A DNA stretch of 64,000 nt, taken from NCBI GenBank assembly GCA_021802045.1, contig JAKABB010000003.1, positions 2,630-66,629 on the forward strand, read 5' to 3'. The stretch is from a bacterium (GTDB lineage Bacteria; Chloroflexota; Dormibacteria; Aeolococcales; Bog-877). Below, in pieces: positions 1 to 8,483 of the stretch; positions within the stretch are counted from its first letter, which is position 1, and each line of letters opens with the position of its first letter. A program made the position numbers and the translations under genes. The notes under the pieces were generated by a model. That model was given only the letters and a program-made list of their open reading frames with translations. It was not told the origin of the DNA and did not search any database.

Positions 1-742
1 GGCGGAGGTAGGCATCTGTGCCGATGAGAGTGAACAGACTGACCCACGCATAGGTCGAGTGACGCAAGTTGAGCCAAGTGCTAAACCGCCATAGACGGTA
101 CCGCTGCCGCCCAAACTTAGCGCATGAGAAGCAGTCCAGGCTGCCCCCGATCAGATGACGCAGAGAGTGGCACGACACCGTGTACAGGGTGAGAAACAGG
201 ACGTTGACCAGCATCAGGACACTCCCGAGCCCTACGCCCCAGTGACCGCGATATGAGAACGCGTTGAACGCATCGATCCAGAGCACCACCACAAAAGCCA
301 ATGCGAAGTACAGGAAGAATCGGTGCAGATTGTTGAGAATGAACGGCAGTGCGGTCTCTCCTCGGTATCGCGCTCCGCGTCCAGTTGGCGAGACAGCCGC
401 CGCCAGCCGTGGTTCCTTCACGGCGCACCCGGGCGGATCGTGAAAAAAGGCGCGGTAGTACGCCTTTCGGTAGTAGTAGCACGTAGCGCGGAAGCCCAAC
501 GGGATGTAGAAGATGAACAACGCCGGTGAGAGCGGTGTGCGGCCCACAGCTACCTGCGGCGAGAAGAACGGGGAAACGTATCCATGGAATTGATCGTGAG
601 TGAAGAACACGATCGTCCAGAAGCTGTAGACGCCAAAGACCGTCAACCAAACGACGACGTTCGTCGGATACAGCCACCACCGATCGGCCCGCCGGGGGGC
701 CGCCCCTCCCCGGGGTGGGACAGTGACCCCCGGGGCGGCCAT
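1..742 (-). CDS. Integral membrane protein of unknown function, 3' end cut by the window edge
   Basis: This frame is not in the supplied track because it has no in-window stop. My own translation from the ATG at 742 gives MAAPGVTVPPRGG..RWWLYPTNVVVWLTVFGVYSFWTIVFFTHDQFHGY..CYYYRKAYYRAFF..NNLHRFFLYFALAFVVVLWIDAF..LTLYTVSCHSLRHLIGG. It shows several hydrophobic spans and conserved His/Cys residues. The ATG overlaps the mdh stop (TGATG). Confidence 0.55.
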   Translation of the reverse strand, partial: MAAPGVTVPPRGGAAPRRADRWWLYPTNVVVWLTVFGVYSFWTIVFFTHDQFHGYVSPFFSPQVAVGRTPLSPALFIFYIPLGFRATCYYYRKAYYRAFFHDPPGCAVKEPRLAAAVSPTGRGARYRGETALPFILNNLHRFFLYFALAFVVVLWIDAFNAFSYRGHWGVGLGSVLMLVNVLFLTLYTVSCHSLRHLIGGSLDCFSCAKFGRQRYRLWRFSTWLNLRHSTYAWVSLFTLIGTDAYLR

Positions 743-1665
743 CAGCCCAGTACCGTCAGTAGCTGGCGGACGGCCTCCGCGGATCGTTCGAGCGCCAAGC
801 GCTCGTCAGGGGCCAGTTCCATCTCCACCACCCGCTCCAGGCCACCGGCGTGAAGCTGGGCCGGGACGCCCATGACCACACCATTCAGACCGTACTCACC
901 GCGAAGCTCAACGGCGCACGGCAGAATGACGTGACTATCGAGCAGGATGGCCTCCACCATCTGGGCAGTCGCCGCGGAAGGGGCGTAGAAGGCGCTGCCT
1001 GTCTTGAGGTACCTCACGATCTCCGCGCCACCATCCCTGGTACGCGCAACGATGGCCTCCACGCGGTCTCTCCCCAGCAGGCGGCTGATCGGCACCCCGG
1101 CAACCGTGGTCATCCCGATGAGTGGGACCATGGTGTCCCCATGGCCACCGAGCACGTGGGCCTGCACGTTCTCCGCAGCCACCTCCAACTCCTGGGCCAC
1201 GAAGCAGCGGAACCGAGCCGTGTCCAAGACCCCAGCCATCCCGACAACGCGCTCACGCGGCAGCCCGCTGACCCGGAGTGCCTGATGAACCATGGCGTCC
1301 AGGGGGTTGGTCACCATGATCAGCACTGCGTCTGGTGAACCCGCTACGACAGCCCGGGTCACCTCACCCACAATCCCGGCATTGGTCCGGACCAAATCAT
1401 CACGGCTCATGCCCGGCTTACGTGCCAGTCCCGACGTGATGACCACCACCTGAGATCCAGCGGTCAGTGCGTAGTCGGTGCCCCCAACTACCCGCGAATT
1501 GTGACCGATGATTGGGCCGGCCTCCAGCAGGTCAAGTGCCTTGCCCTCGGCCAGTCCTTCGACGATGTCAACCAAGACCAGATCTGCGATATCACGCTCG
1601 GCAAGGCGCTGGGTCAGCGTGGCCCCCACATTGCCGGCACCGATGACGGAAACCTTGGGACGCAT
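742..1665 (-). CDS. mdh: Malate dehydrogenase (LDH-like family)
   Basis: The N-terminus has the Rossmann motif VSVIGAGNVG, followed by ITSGLARKPGMSRDDL and VLGGHGDTMVP. The Arg in the substrate loop is typical of MDH. A GGAGGAG Shine-Dalgarno (SD) sequence lies upstream of the ATG. Confidence 0.95.
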   Translation of the reverse strand: MRPKVSVIGAGNVGATLTQRLAERDIADLVLVDIVEGLAEGKALDLLEAGPIIGHNSRVVGGTDYALTAGSQVVVITSGLARKPGMSRDDLVRTNAGIVGEVTRAVVAGSPDAVLIMVTNPLDAMVHQALRVSGLPRERVVGMAGVLDTARFRCFVAQELEVAAENVQAHVLGGHGDTMVPLIGMTTVAGVPISRLLGRDRVEAIVARTRDGGAEIVRYLKTGSAFYAPSAATAQMVEAILLDSHVILPCAVELRGEYGLNGVVMGVPAQLHAGGLERVVEMELAPDERLALERSAEAVRQLLTVLG

Positions 1666-1768
1666 AACTCCTCCCCGGGATGTCCCTCTCCCAGCCCGGG
1701 ACTAGCCCGGGCCACTTGCATGATCATATCGGGGCGGCCCTACTTTCTGCTTGGACTCCGCTCCTCGC

Positions 1769-2290
1769 TCAGGACCGGGCCCCGTGCGCCCGGCGGTGGG
1801 CCGCTCGGCAAGCCTCTACCGCCTCGGACGCCGCGACCCGCCCCTCCCAGCCGCCGACCTGTACCTCCTTATCATCCTCGAGCTGCTTGTAGGTTTCGAA
1901 GAACACCTCTATCTCCCGCAGCCAGTGCGGAGCCAGGTCGTGGAGGTCGCGGATCAGATCGAAGCGCGGGTCTCCCGCCAACACTGCCAAGAGCTTGACA
2001 TCCTCGCCATGCTCGTCCGCCATGTGCAGGAGACCGATAGGGCGCACTTCCAGGTGGCACCCGGGGAACGTCCCCTCCTCCATGAGCACCAAGGCGTCCA
2101 AGGGATCCCCGTCCGCGGCCAGGGTCCCCGGGACGAATCCGTAGTCGGTCGGATAGTGGACTGACGAGTGCAACACGCGGTCCAGCCGGATCCAGTGATG
2201 ATCGTGATCGTACTCGTACTTGTTGCGGCTACCTTTGGGAATCTCAACAACAACCGGGACGGTGCTGTCTGCCTGCGCGGTGTCTCCCAT
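1769..2290 (-). CDS. ppa: Inorganic pyrophosphatase (family I)
   Basis: Motifs VVEIPKGSRNKYEYD, YPTDYGFVPGT and DGDPLDALV are present. I chose the internal start MGDTAQ, which has a GGGAGG SD upstream. The track ORF extends to 2416. Confidence 0.93.
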   Translation of the reverse strand: MGDTAQADSTVPVVVEIPKGSRNKYEYDHDHHWIRLDRVLHSSVHYPTDYGFVPGTLAADGDPLDALVLMEEGTFPGCHLEVRPIGLLHMADEHGEDVKLLAVLAGDPRFDLIRDLHDLAPHWLREIEVFFETYKQLEDDKEVQVGGWEGRVAASEAVEACRAAHRRAHGARS

Positions 2291-2340
2291 CCGACCTCCC
2301 GTAGGTGAAGCCTGAGCCAGGCGCACTCCCCTGCTCTCGC

Positions 2341-3744
2341 CTAACCGTGAGCCAGAGCGTAGGCGAAACCCGCCGCGCTCTCGCCTGGAAACATGCGCAG
2401 TCGAGGCAGCTGCCACAACCCAGCGGTCGTCTCTGTCGAGCTCTGCACCTGCTGATCCAGCACGCCTCCGACGTACCCCATCGACGCAAGGGTATGGAAG
2501 ACGGCCACCTCAGCCGGCCCCGCCTGGGCCGCGCTCGGCAGCGGATAGGCCCCGCTATATGCGATGAACTGCACAGCGCGACCGGTGTGTCGCATAAGTG
2601 TTTCCGCTGTCGTCTTGACCAAGGGCTGCAACTCAGGTGCCGACAGCCCCCAGAGATCGATACTGTCAAACAGGGTGTGGTCCTCGACCCAGAAACCACT
2701 GTTGGCCAGCTGACTCACCTCCGCCCACGTGACATAGTGCTGCACCCGAACGGTCCGGCCCACCAGACCTGCCGGCACGAAGAACGTAGCCGTGAACCCG
2801 TCGCGTCGCAAGATTGGTACAGCATAAGTCAGCGGACTCAGCCGCCCGTCGTCAAAGGTGATGACTACCGCCCGTGGCGGCAGTGGCAACCCATAGAGGA
2901 GAGCGTCACTCAGCCGGGCGAGCGAGATGGCACTGGCGTGTGCCGCCACCAGCGCGGCCATCTCGCTGGAAAACTGACCAGGGGGAACCGTGAGCTCGTA
3001 CGCGAGTTGGTAACCATACTGAGTGCGGTGTTGGGCCGCAATCGGCAGAGGACCCACTCGGTGGTACATGAGGATGGGGACATGTACAGTCCGGCTCGGA
3101 ACTACACCCGGCTGGATGATTGGCGCATCCAGCGAGGCCGGCCCTTCCCCCACGATCTGCCCCGGCTGCCCTCCGCTCGGCGCCCGCACAGCCAGCGTCA
3201 GATCCTGATACAAGCGCGCCACGCCGGGCGGCGCCACCACGCCCGAGAACCGGACGCCGACCGGCACCGTCCACACAGCAGCCACCTGACGCGCAGGGTC
3301 CTCTCGACTCGTCCAGCTCCTGCCTGGCTCTGGTGTTCCCAACTGAAAGCTGCTGGGGCGCGCCGCCGCGAACTTGGCGCGCAGCATTGAACTGCGCGCG
3401 ACGGCTGACGGCCACTGGGCACGCGCCGCCGCAGCCAGCATGGACCACTCCGCTTGGTACTGGCCAGCCACGAACTCGCGCATAAATGCTGCGGCGACCC
3501 CTTGAACATCTTGAGCAGTGGGGCTGGTCACTGCCTTCGGCCGCGACGTCGGCCCGGACGCTGGGAGCCGGCTCGTTCCGCCGGTACCCGCGCAGCCGGT
3601 CAGCGCTAGCACACTGACGACCACGACCAACACGACCGATCCGACGCGGCTAAAGGGCCGCTCTCCTCTACACCACAGAGGGGGACCGAGCCTCGCGCCG
3701 CTGCCTCTCACCGTGACCCCGGCCTCTTTGCTCCACCGCCCCAT
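2341..3744 (-). CDS. Polysaccharide deacetylase (NodB domain) lipoprotein
   Basis: NodB-type motifs VPILMYHRV and VVITFDDGRLS are present. The N-terminal hydrophobic span ends in the lipobox LALTGC. The start is ambiguous. I chose ATG 3744, which overlaps the upstream PAP2 gene, while the track ORF starts at 3864. Confidence 0.8.
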   Translation of the reverse strand: MGRWSKEAGVTVRGSGARLGPPLWCRGERPFSRVGSVVLVVVVSVLALTGCAGTGGTSRLPASGPTSRPKAVTSPTAQDVQGVAAAFMREFVAGQYQAEWSMLAAAARAQWPSAVARSSMLRAKFAAARPSSFQLGTPEPGRSWTSREDPARQVAAVWTVPVGVRFSGVVAPPGVARLYQDLTLAVRAPSGGQPGQIVGEGPASLDAPIIQPGVVPSRTVHVPILMYHRVGPLPIAAQHRTQYGYQLAYELTVPPGQFSSEMAALVAAHASAISLARLSDALLYGLPLPPRAVVITFDDGRLSPLTYAVPILRRDGFTATFFVPAGLVGRTVRVQHYVTWAEVSQLANSGFWVEDHTLFDSIDLWGLSAPELQPLVKTTAETLMRHTGRAVQFIAYSGAYPLPSAAQAGPAEVAVFHTLASMGYVGGVLDQQVQSSTETTAGLWQLPRLRMFPGESAAGFAYALAHG

Positions 3745-4595
3745 CCCCTGGGGCGATCCTCGCCCAGCCGCTCCCCAACTGGCCCCGAAGCTGCGACCTG
3801 CCAGGACTGCCTCGTCTTTGGAGCCGCCAGGCCCGGGAGGCGCGATGCCCACCCGAGCCCCCAAGCGATGCCGAGCCCACCCATGGCGATCATACCCTCC
3901 GCGACCTCCGTTCCAACCACGCCGAGGTGGCTTCGGATCTCAAGTCCGGTGAACCCCACGCCCACCACTGCAACGGAGCCCACCACGCTGAGCACCGGCC
4001 CCAGCGGCAGTCGCGCCAGCCACCGACCGACCACTGGCCATCGCGGCAGCGCCGTCCCGACTAGCGCGCCTGACGCGAGCCCGACCCCTACTCCGGCGAT
4101 CACGTCCAGCGGCCAGTGGATTCCCCCTACGACGCGCGCCCAACCGACTCCCAGCGCCAGTACCGCTCCCACCACCGCCAGAGGGCGCCGCCCCGTCACC
4201 CACAGACTCCCAACTATCGCCCCGGCGAAGGCGAGATGGTCGCTCGGGAAGGAGTTGCCGTGCGCCGCTGGAGCCAATCTCGGCAGGTGGTACTGCGACA
4301 GGTAGGGACGTGGCTCGAACCAGACCTGGCCAAGGACGTGGTTCACCACCAACGCCACCAATACCGCCACTCCAGCGCCGACCGCAGCGACTCGGGCGTC
4401 TCTCGGGGTTTCACCGAAGAAGAAGAGAGCGACTAGCATAAACGCGAGAGGAAATACCCCCCACTCCGCCAACGCCGTAGCCGCCACCCACCATGACCCG
4501 CCGTGCGGCCCGTCCGTGACCAAGAGGTGGTACGTGGAGTAGTTCCATAGCTGCAGCCCGCCCGGGACCGCTGTCACTGCGAGTGTCTGTATCAA
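3708..4595 (-). CDS. PAP2-family (phosphatidic acid / undecaprenyl-PP phosphatase-like) membrane protein
   Basis: The three PAP2 motifs are present (FEPRPY, FPSDH, ARVVGGIHWPLDV) in a polytopic hydrophobic sequence. The ATG overlaps the stop of the upstream gene (ATGA). Confidence 0.8.
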   Translation of the reverse strand: MIQTLAVTAVPGGLQLWNYSTYHLLVTDGPHGGSWWVAATALAEWGVFPLAFMLVALFFFGETPRDARVAAVGAGVAVLVALVVNHVLGQVWFEPRPYLSQYHLPRLAPAAHGNSFPSDHLAFAGAIVGSLWVTGRRPLAVVGAVLALGVGWARVVGGIHWPLDVIAGVGVGLASGALVGTALPRWPVVGRWLARLPLGPVLSVVGSVAVVGVGFTGLEIRSHLGVVGTEVAEGMIAMGGLGIAWGLGWASRLPGLAAPKTRQSWQVAASGPVGERLGEDRPRGWGGGAKRPGSR

Positions 4596-7300
4596 CGCGC
4601 GACTCCCTGTTTAGTTGCACTGCGCATATGGGGCGATCCAGTCCCCGCGACCGTGGTCGGCGGTGGCGCGCCTCGAGGTTCATCGCCTCGACGGATCCAG
4701 ACGCCAGCATAACCCGCAGTGTAGACATGGACAAACTCTTGCCGCAAGTAGGGAATGATCTGGGGATACTCCGCAAGGGACGACTCCGTCGTGATCACCA
4801 CCAACGGTGCACCGCTACGCACACGCCTCATTACCCCCTGCGGGCCGAGCCAGAGTTCATCCACGTAGAGTGCGGGAGTCGGAAGCACCGGGTGTAGCTC
4901 TCCAAGAAGATACGGCCACGCATCCGATGACCACACCACGGCACGCACCCCGCTGAGGTGGTGGGCTCCCAACCAGGCAACGGCCTCGGCCTCCGATGTC
5001 GCTCGGTAGTTAAAGGTGTTGGAATACGCTGTGCTCGAAAGGTCTCCGGCCATGTACTTCACGAAGTTCGGGTAGTAAGCTGAAGTCAGCCGAACAGTGT
5101 AGGTGGACAGGGGGCCGTGGCTCACGAGCATGCCCCCCCAGACGGTCAACGGGATCATCGCGGCCACGACCACTGCGCCACGCGACGGTATCAGGTCCGC
5201 GGCCCCCGATAGCCACCTTGAAGGATGCGGTATCGGCGCGGCCGACAGAAGCAGGGCTAGCGGCACAACCATGGGGACAGTGAAAAACACGTACGCGCGA
5301 TTTGGCAGTATTGCGGTGATTACGGTCGCCGCGAGCCAAAGCCAAATGAGTCGCCACTCCGCCCCTCGATCGCGTCGGCCCAAGACCGCTCCCGCGAAAA
5401 AGGCTCCCATGGCCAACGCACGTGGCAAAATGATCCCGAGCGACGGACTTATTCCATGCCGCGCGTACCCCACGTAGGACGCCACTAGAAAATACCATAC
5501 ATTGCCGGGCCCTGCCCACACTAGGTAGGGCGCGATGGCCAGTCCCACGATGGCCACGCAGACGCCAAGCATCGCGGTCAGCGCCCGCCACCCTCGACGG
5601 TCCGGCAACAGGGCCAACCAGATAGCTGCCGCGCCGAGATCTGCAAGCGCCGTCTGTTGGTAAAGGATCGCGACTGCGAACCATGCACCAGCCAGCGCGC
5701 CCAACGCCAAGTCGGTACGGCCTACGCGCCTGCGCGCCAACGTCAGGACCGCCAGAATCCCACACGTCGCTGGGCCAATGAGGAGATTCTCCGGCAGTGC
5801 GAGATCACCGTTGACGATGGGGCTCCCCAAAGCCACGGCCGCCAAGAGAACGGCGACCGCCGCGCGGCGGTACCCAACCAGATTGCAAGCAAGGCGCCAA
5901 AGAGCCAGCAGAGCGAGCAGTTCCCAGAGCATGGACATCAGGTGGAGGCCGAACTCGCTCGGCCCGAAGAGGGCGAGCACGGCGCCGTATGTCCAAAAGA
6001 GAAGCGGAGGCTTGTTGTTCCAGACAGTGCGGTACAAGATGCCGCCATGTGTCGACAACCACGCGGTCGTCGCATACCCGGCCTCGTCGGTGTACCAGTG
6101 GGGCTCAAACATCGAAGGGATGCGAAGGGCCACGAATAGCGCCACCGGGACCAGAAGCCACGGGCCGCTCCCCGGCGGACACAGCGCCCGCCACGCTCTG
6201 GCGGCCAGCGTCCCTGCCCGACCACCCCACCGGGCGGCGATGGCGACAGCCGTGAGCGCAGCGGTGGCATCAGGAACGGTGCCCAAGGCCGCAGGCTCCA
6301 GCGCCGCGGCCTCGCGGCGAGCCCGGCGGCTACGACCAGCTACGAGGGCAATCCAGCCGACCAGCGCCTGAGGAAGGGCCACCGCCAGGTCGAGGATCTG
6401 GACCTCCAGGCTGATAGCAAGAGCGGCCGGCAGCGGCCAACCGGCCAGCGTCAGCGCGCCGGTCCACCACAACTGTGATGTCCCCAGCCCTCCGATGCCC
6501 TGGACCGGGAGGGCAAAGAGGAGCGTGCGGACCGCCAACGCAAACCAGACCTGCCAGAAGGAGATGTGAGTGCCGAGGGCTAGGAATAAGGCCAGATACT
6601 GAAGCGCCGTGAGGACCCGGGCTCCGACCGTGCTGAGCACCAGCCAAGCCATCGCGCGGCCAGAGCTCAACTCGTCCAGCACCTGCTCGGCCCGCAGGGC
6701 GAAACGCCCGACCAGTGGAAGCCGCTCGGCCCACGCCAGCACAATGCGGCGCGGATGCTGCCAGAAGAGGACCAACAAAGCGAGAAGGAAGACGCCACCC
6801 AGGCCCAGGGCCGAGGCCCGCACCGGTGCCGGCAAGTGAACTCTGGCCACGTCGGCCGACACCAGCAGGATGAGGATCAGCGTCATGAGATCCAAGAGAC
6901 GGGCCACGAGGGCTGCCCCGGTGGCTCTCGCGACCGGCGCCTCCAGATCGCGGCGAGCCAGCCAGATGAAGGTGGCATCGCCTCCGGGTCCCGGCAGGAC
7001 CAGGCCAGCACCCCAGGCACTGGCCGTGACTGCCAGGGTCCGGCCTAGGGGACCGCGGCCGAGCAGGAGACGAAAGCGAGCCGCCCGCAGGACCACGTAT
7101 AGGAACGCTGCCCCGGCTCCGGCCAAGACCAGGGGGAGCGACGCATGAGCGACCGTGCCCAGGACCGTAGCCAGGGAGACCTTCCGCAGAACCAGGAAGA
7201 GCAAGATCGCGGCTACGACCACAGCCAACGCGGCGCGACCCGATCGCCCCACCATCGGTCGCCGGCCCCCCGCCCGGTCCGAATTCGTCACCCTAGACAA
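4592..7300 (-). CDS. Fusion membrane protein with an N-terminal LPG-synthase-TM/'flippase-like' domain and a C-terminal GT-C (ArnT/PMT-like) glycosyltransferase
   Basis: Residues ~22-325 (LRKVSLATVLGTV..FLYVVLRAARFRLLL..) resemble the lysyl-PG synthase TM (flippase-like) family. Residues ~378-800 are polytopic, and the first-loop YTDEAGY acidic motif plus NNKPPLLFW are typical of PMT_2/ArnT-type GT-C enzymes. Confidence 0.75.
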   Translation of the reverse strand: MSRVTNSDRAGGRRPMVGRSGRAALAVVVAAILLFLVLRKVSLATVLGTVAHASLPLVLAGAGAAFLYVVLRAARFRLLLGRGPLGRTLAVTASAWGAGLVLPGPGGDATFIWLARRDLEAPVARATGAALVARLLDLMTLILILLVSADVARVHLPAPVRASALGLGGVFLLALLVLFWQHPRRIVLAWAERLPLVGRFALRAEQVLDELSSGRAMAWLVLSTVGARVLTALQYLALFLALGTHISFWQVWFALAVRTLLFALPVQGIGGLGTSQLWWTGALTLAGWPLPAALAISLEVQILDLAVALPQALVGWIALVAGRSRRARREAAALEPAALGTVPDATAALTAVAIAARWGGRAGTLAARAWRALCPPGSGPWLLVPVALFVALRIPSMFEPHWYTDEAGYATTAWLSTHGGILYRTVWNNKPPLLFWTYGAVLALFGPSEFGLHLMSMLWELLALLALWRLACNLVGYRRAAVAVLLAAVALGSPIVNGDLALPENLLIGPATCGILAVLTLARRRVGRTDLALGALAGAWFAVAILYQQTALADLGAAAIWLALLPDRRGWRALTAMLGVCVAIVGLAIAPYLVWAGPGNVWYFLVASYVGYARHGISPSLGIILPRALAMGAFFAGAVLGRRDRGAEWRLIWLWLAATVITAILPNRAYVFFTVPMVVPLALLLSAAPIPHPSRWLSGAADLIPSRGAVVVAAMIPLTVWGGMLVSHGPLSTYTVRLTSAYYPNFVKYMAGDLSSTAYSNTFNYRATSEAEAVAWLGAHHLSGVRAVVWSSDAWPYLLGELHPVLPTPALYVDELWLGPQGVMRRVRSGAPLVVITTESSLAEYPQIIPYLRQEFVHVYTAGYAGVWIRRGDEPRGAPPPTTVAGTGSPHMRSATKQGVAR

Positions 7301-7470
7301 GTCTCCACGGCCGGCCCCACTCTGCCTGAGAGGGGGCTGAGATCACGCACGCCAACTCGGCCAGCACCCTTAGTATGGCGGGCATCGCGTCGTGTTGCCG
7401 AAACCATCTGGACTCACGCGGTCGGCCCCTGGGCCTCGCACGCCAGACGCGACCACCTAGGAGACTTCCC

Positions 7471-8442
7471 ATGGAATCACAATCGCACCCCCTGGCTCGT
7501 GTGGTGGTCACCGGCGGGGCCGGATTTATCGGCACGCATACCGTGCGTCTCCTGCTGGAGGCCGGCTCTGCCGTCCTAGTCCTCGACGACCTCCGCCACG
7601 CGTGTGGAGAGCCGGTCCCTCCGGCGGCTGAACTGGTAACCGCCGACATCTCGAGCCCGCTGGCCGCCGCCGCCATTGCACGATACCGGCCCACTGGCGC
7701 CGTCCACCTAGCTGCCCAAGGCGGCGTCAATCGGTCGATGCAGGACCCCGCCGCCGACGCCACTGTCAACGTAGTGGGGACCGTGGCTCTCCTCAAGGCG
7801 CTCGCCGACGCCCAGTGCCGCCGCGTCGTCTTTGCTTCCTCAGGGGGCGCCATCTATGGGCGCGCCCGCCGCCTCCCCAGCCGGGAGGCCGATCGCCAGC
7901 AGCCCCTCTCCCCCTACGGTGCTGCCAAGCTGGCTGGCGAGGGCTACCTGGGCATGTTCGGACGCACCCTGGGCCTTCGCTCAGTGGCCATGCGCTACGC
8001 CAACGTTTACGGGCCGCATCAGGACGGCACCGGTGAGGCCGGGGTCGTAGCTATCACCTGCCAGCGACTCCTCAGCGCCCAGCCACCGAGGATCACCGGC
8101 GACGGCGAGCAGACGCGAGACTTCATCTTCGTCCATGACGTGGCCAGGGCCAATGTCCTCGCTCTCGGGTCGCGGGTCCAAGGTCCGCTCAACGTGGCCA
8201 CCGGAATCGGCACCTCGATCAACCTGGTTGCCTCCACCCTCGCTGCCCTGGCAGGCCAACCCTCCGTGGTCGAGCACCTACCGGCCCGACCCGGCGAGGT
8301 CCGACACACATTCCTCAGCCCGGACCAAGCGGCCGCCAAGCTCGGCTGGCGAGCAACAACCCCCATCGCAGAGGGACTCAGGCTGACCTTCGAAGCCTTC
8401 CAGCACGCCACCAAGCCTCCGACAGCCACACCGGCCCCCTGA
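7471..8442 (+). CDS. NAD-dependent epimerase/dehydratase (GalE-like nucleotide-sugar 4-epimerase)
   Basis: VVVTGGAGFIGTH, the catalytic motif YGAAKLAGE and the FASSGG segment identify it. I chose the start MESQSH, which has an AGGAGA SD upstream. The track ORF starts at 7375. Confidence 0.85.
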   Translation: MESQSHPLARVVVTGGAGFIGTHTVRLLLEAGSAVLVLDDLRHACGEPVPPAAELVTADISSPLAAAAIARYRPTGAVHLAAQGGVNRSMQDPAADATVNVVGTVALLKALADAQCRRVVFASSGGAIYGRARRLPSREADRQQPLSPYGAAKLAGEGYLGMFGRTLGLRSVAMRYANVYGPHQDGTGEAGVVAITCQRLLSAQPPRITGDGEQTRDFIFVHDVARANVLALGSRVQGPLNVATGIGTSINLVASTLAALAGQPSVVEHLPARPGEVRHTFLSPDQAAAKLGWRATTPIAEGLRLTFEAFQHATKPPTATPAP

Positions 8443-8483
8443 TATCCGGGCCCTGCCCCACTCCCGTTTCTGGCCGACGCCTC

